Source: Octopus bimaculoides (taxonomy: Eukaryota). Taken from it: a stretch of DNA of 64,000 bases. The stretch's first letter is position 1; each line of letters begins with the position of its first letter. The position numbers and the translations under genes are program-made. The DNA lies in the NCBI RefSeq assembly GCF_001194135.2, contig NC_068986.1:85237661-85301660 (forward strand). The letters are read 5' to 3'. Under the pieces are notes generated by a model that saw only the letters and a list, made by a program, of their open reading frames with translations, ran no database searches and had not been told where the DNA came from. This document shows positions 63,936 through 64,000 of this stretch, piece by piece.

Positions 63936-64000
63936 TCACGACAGGCTTCTTTCAGTTTCAGTTTGCCAAATCCACTCACAAGGCTGTGGCCGGGGCGAGG
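63595..64000 (-). mobile_element. tRNA-derived SINE family B (runs off window end)
   Basis: Homologous to 1711-2108. The tail start is duplicated across the 10-N gap at about 63629-63638. Confidence 0.85.

Overview
AT-rich, microsatellite-dense, gap-ridden eukaryotic DNA; the SINE families and repeat landscape suggest an octopod cephalopod (inference). One protein-coding gene is supported. It is a + strand serine beta-lactamase/PBP-like family (PF00144-type) gene with four phase-compatible exons (3668-3841, 39911-40168, 46231-46490, 49678-50516; about 509 aa here). The protein has YxN and HxG motifs, a DUF3471-like C-terminal domain and a GPI-signal-like tail; the SxxK exon(s) must lie upstream of the window. 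The rest is transposon-derived: a 15-kb pile-up of R4/Dong-like RLE retrotransposon fragments in (TAA)n tracts, Tx1-clade LINEs, Penelope-like element (PLE) remnants, a Helitron N-terminal fragment, tRNA-derived SINEs, a MITE and several long palindromes. The most notable observation is a set of hammerhead-ribozyme-like motifs in PLE-type repeats, including a four-copy family with a shared non-canonical CUGUUGA/CUGUAGA core. Also notable are a degenerate duplicate of a coding exon, a SINE tail matching the Tx1 3' end and a pre-miRNA-like hairpin. No rRNA, bona fide tRNA or CRISPR was seen. All calls are by eye; no database searches or folding programs were run.
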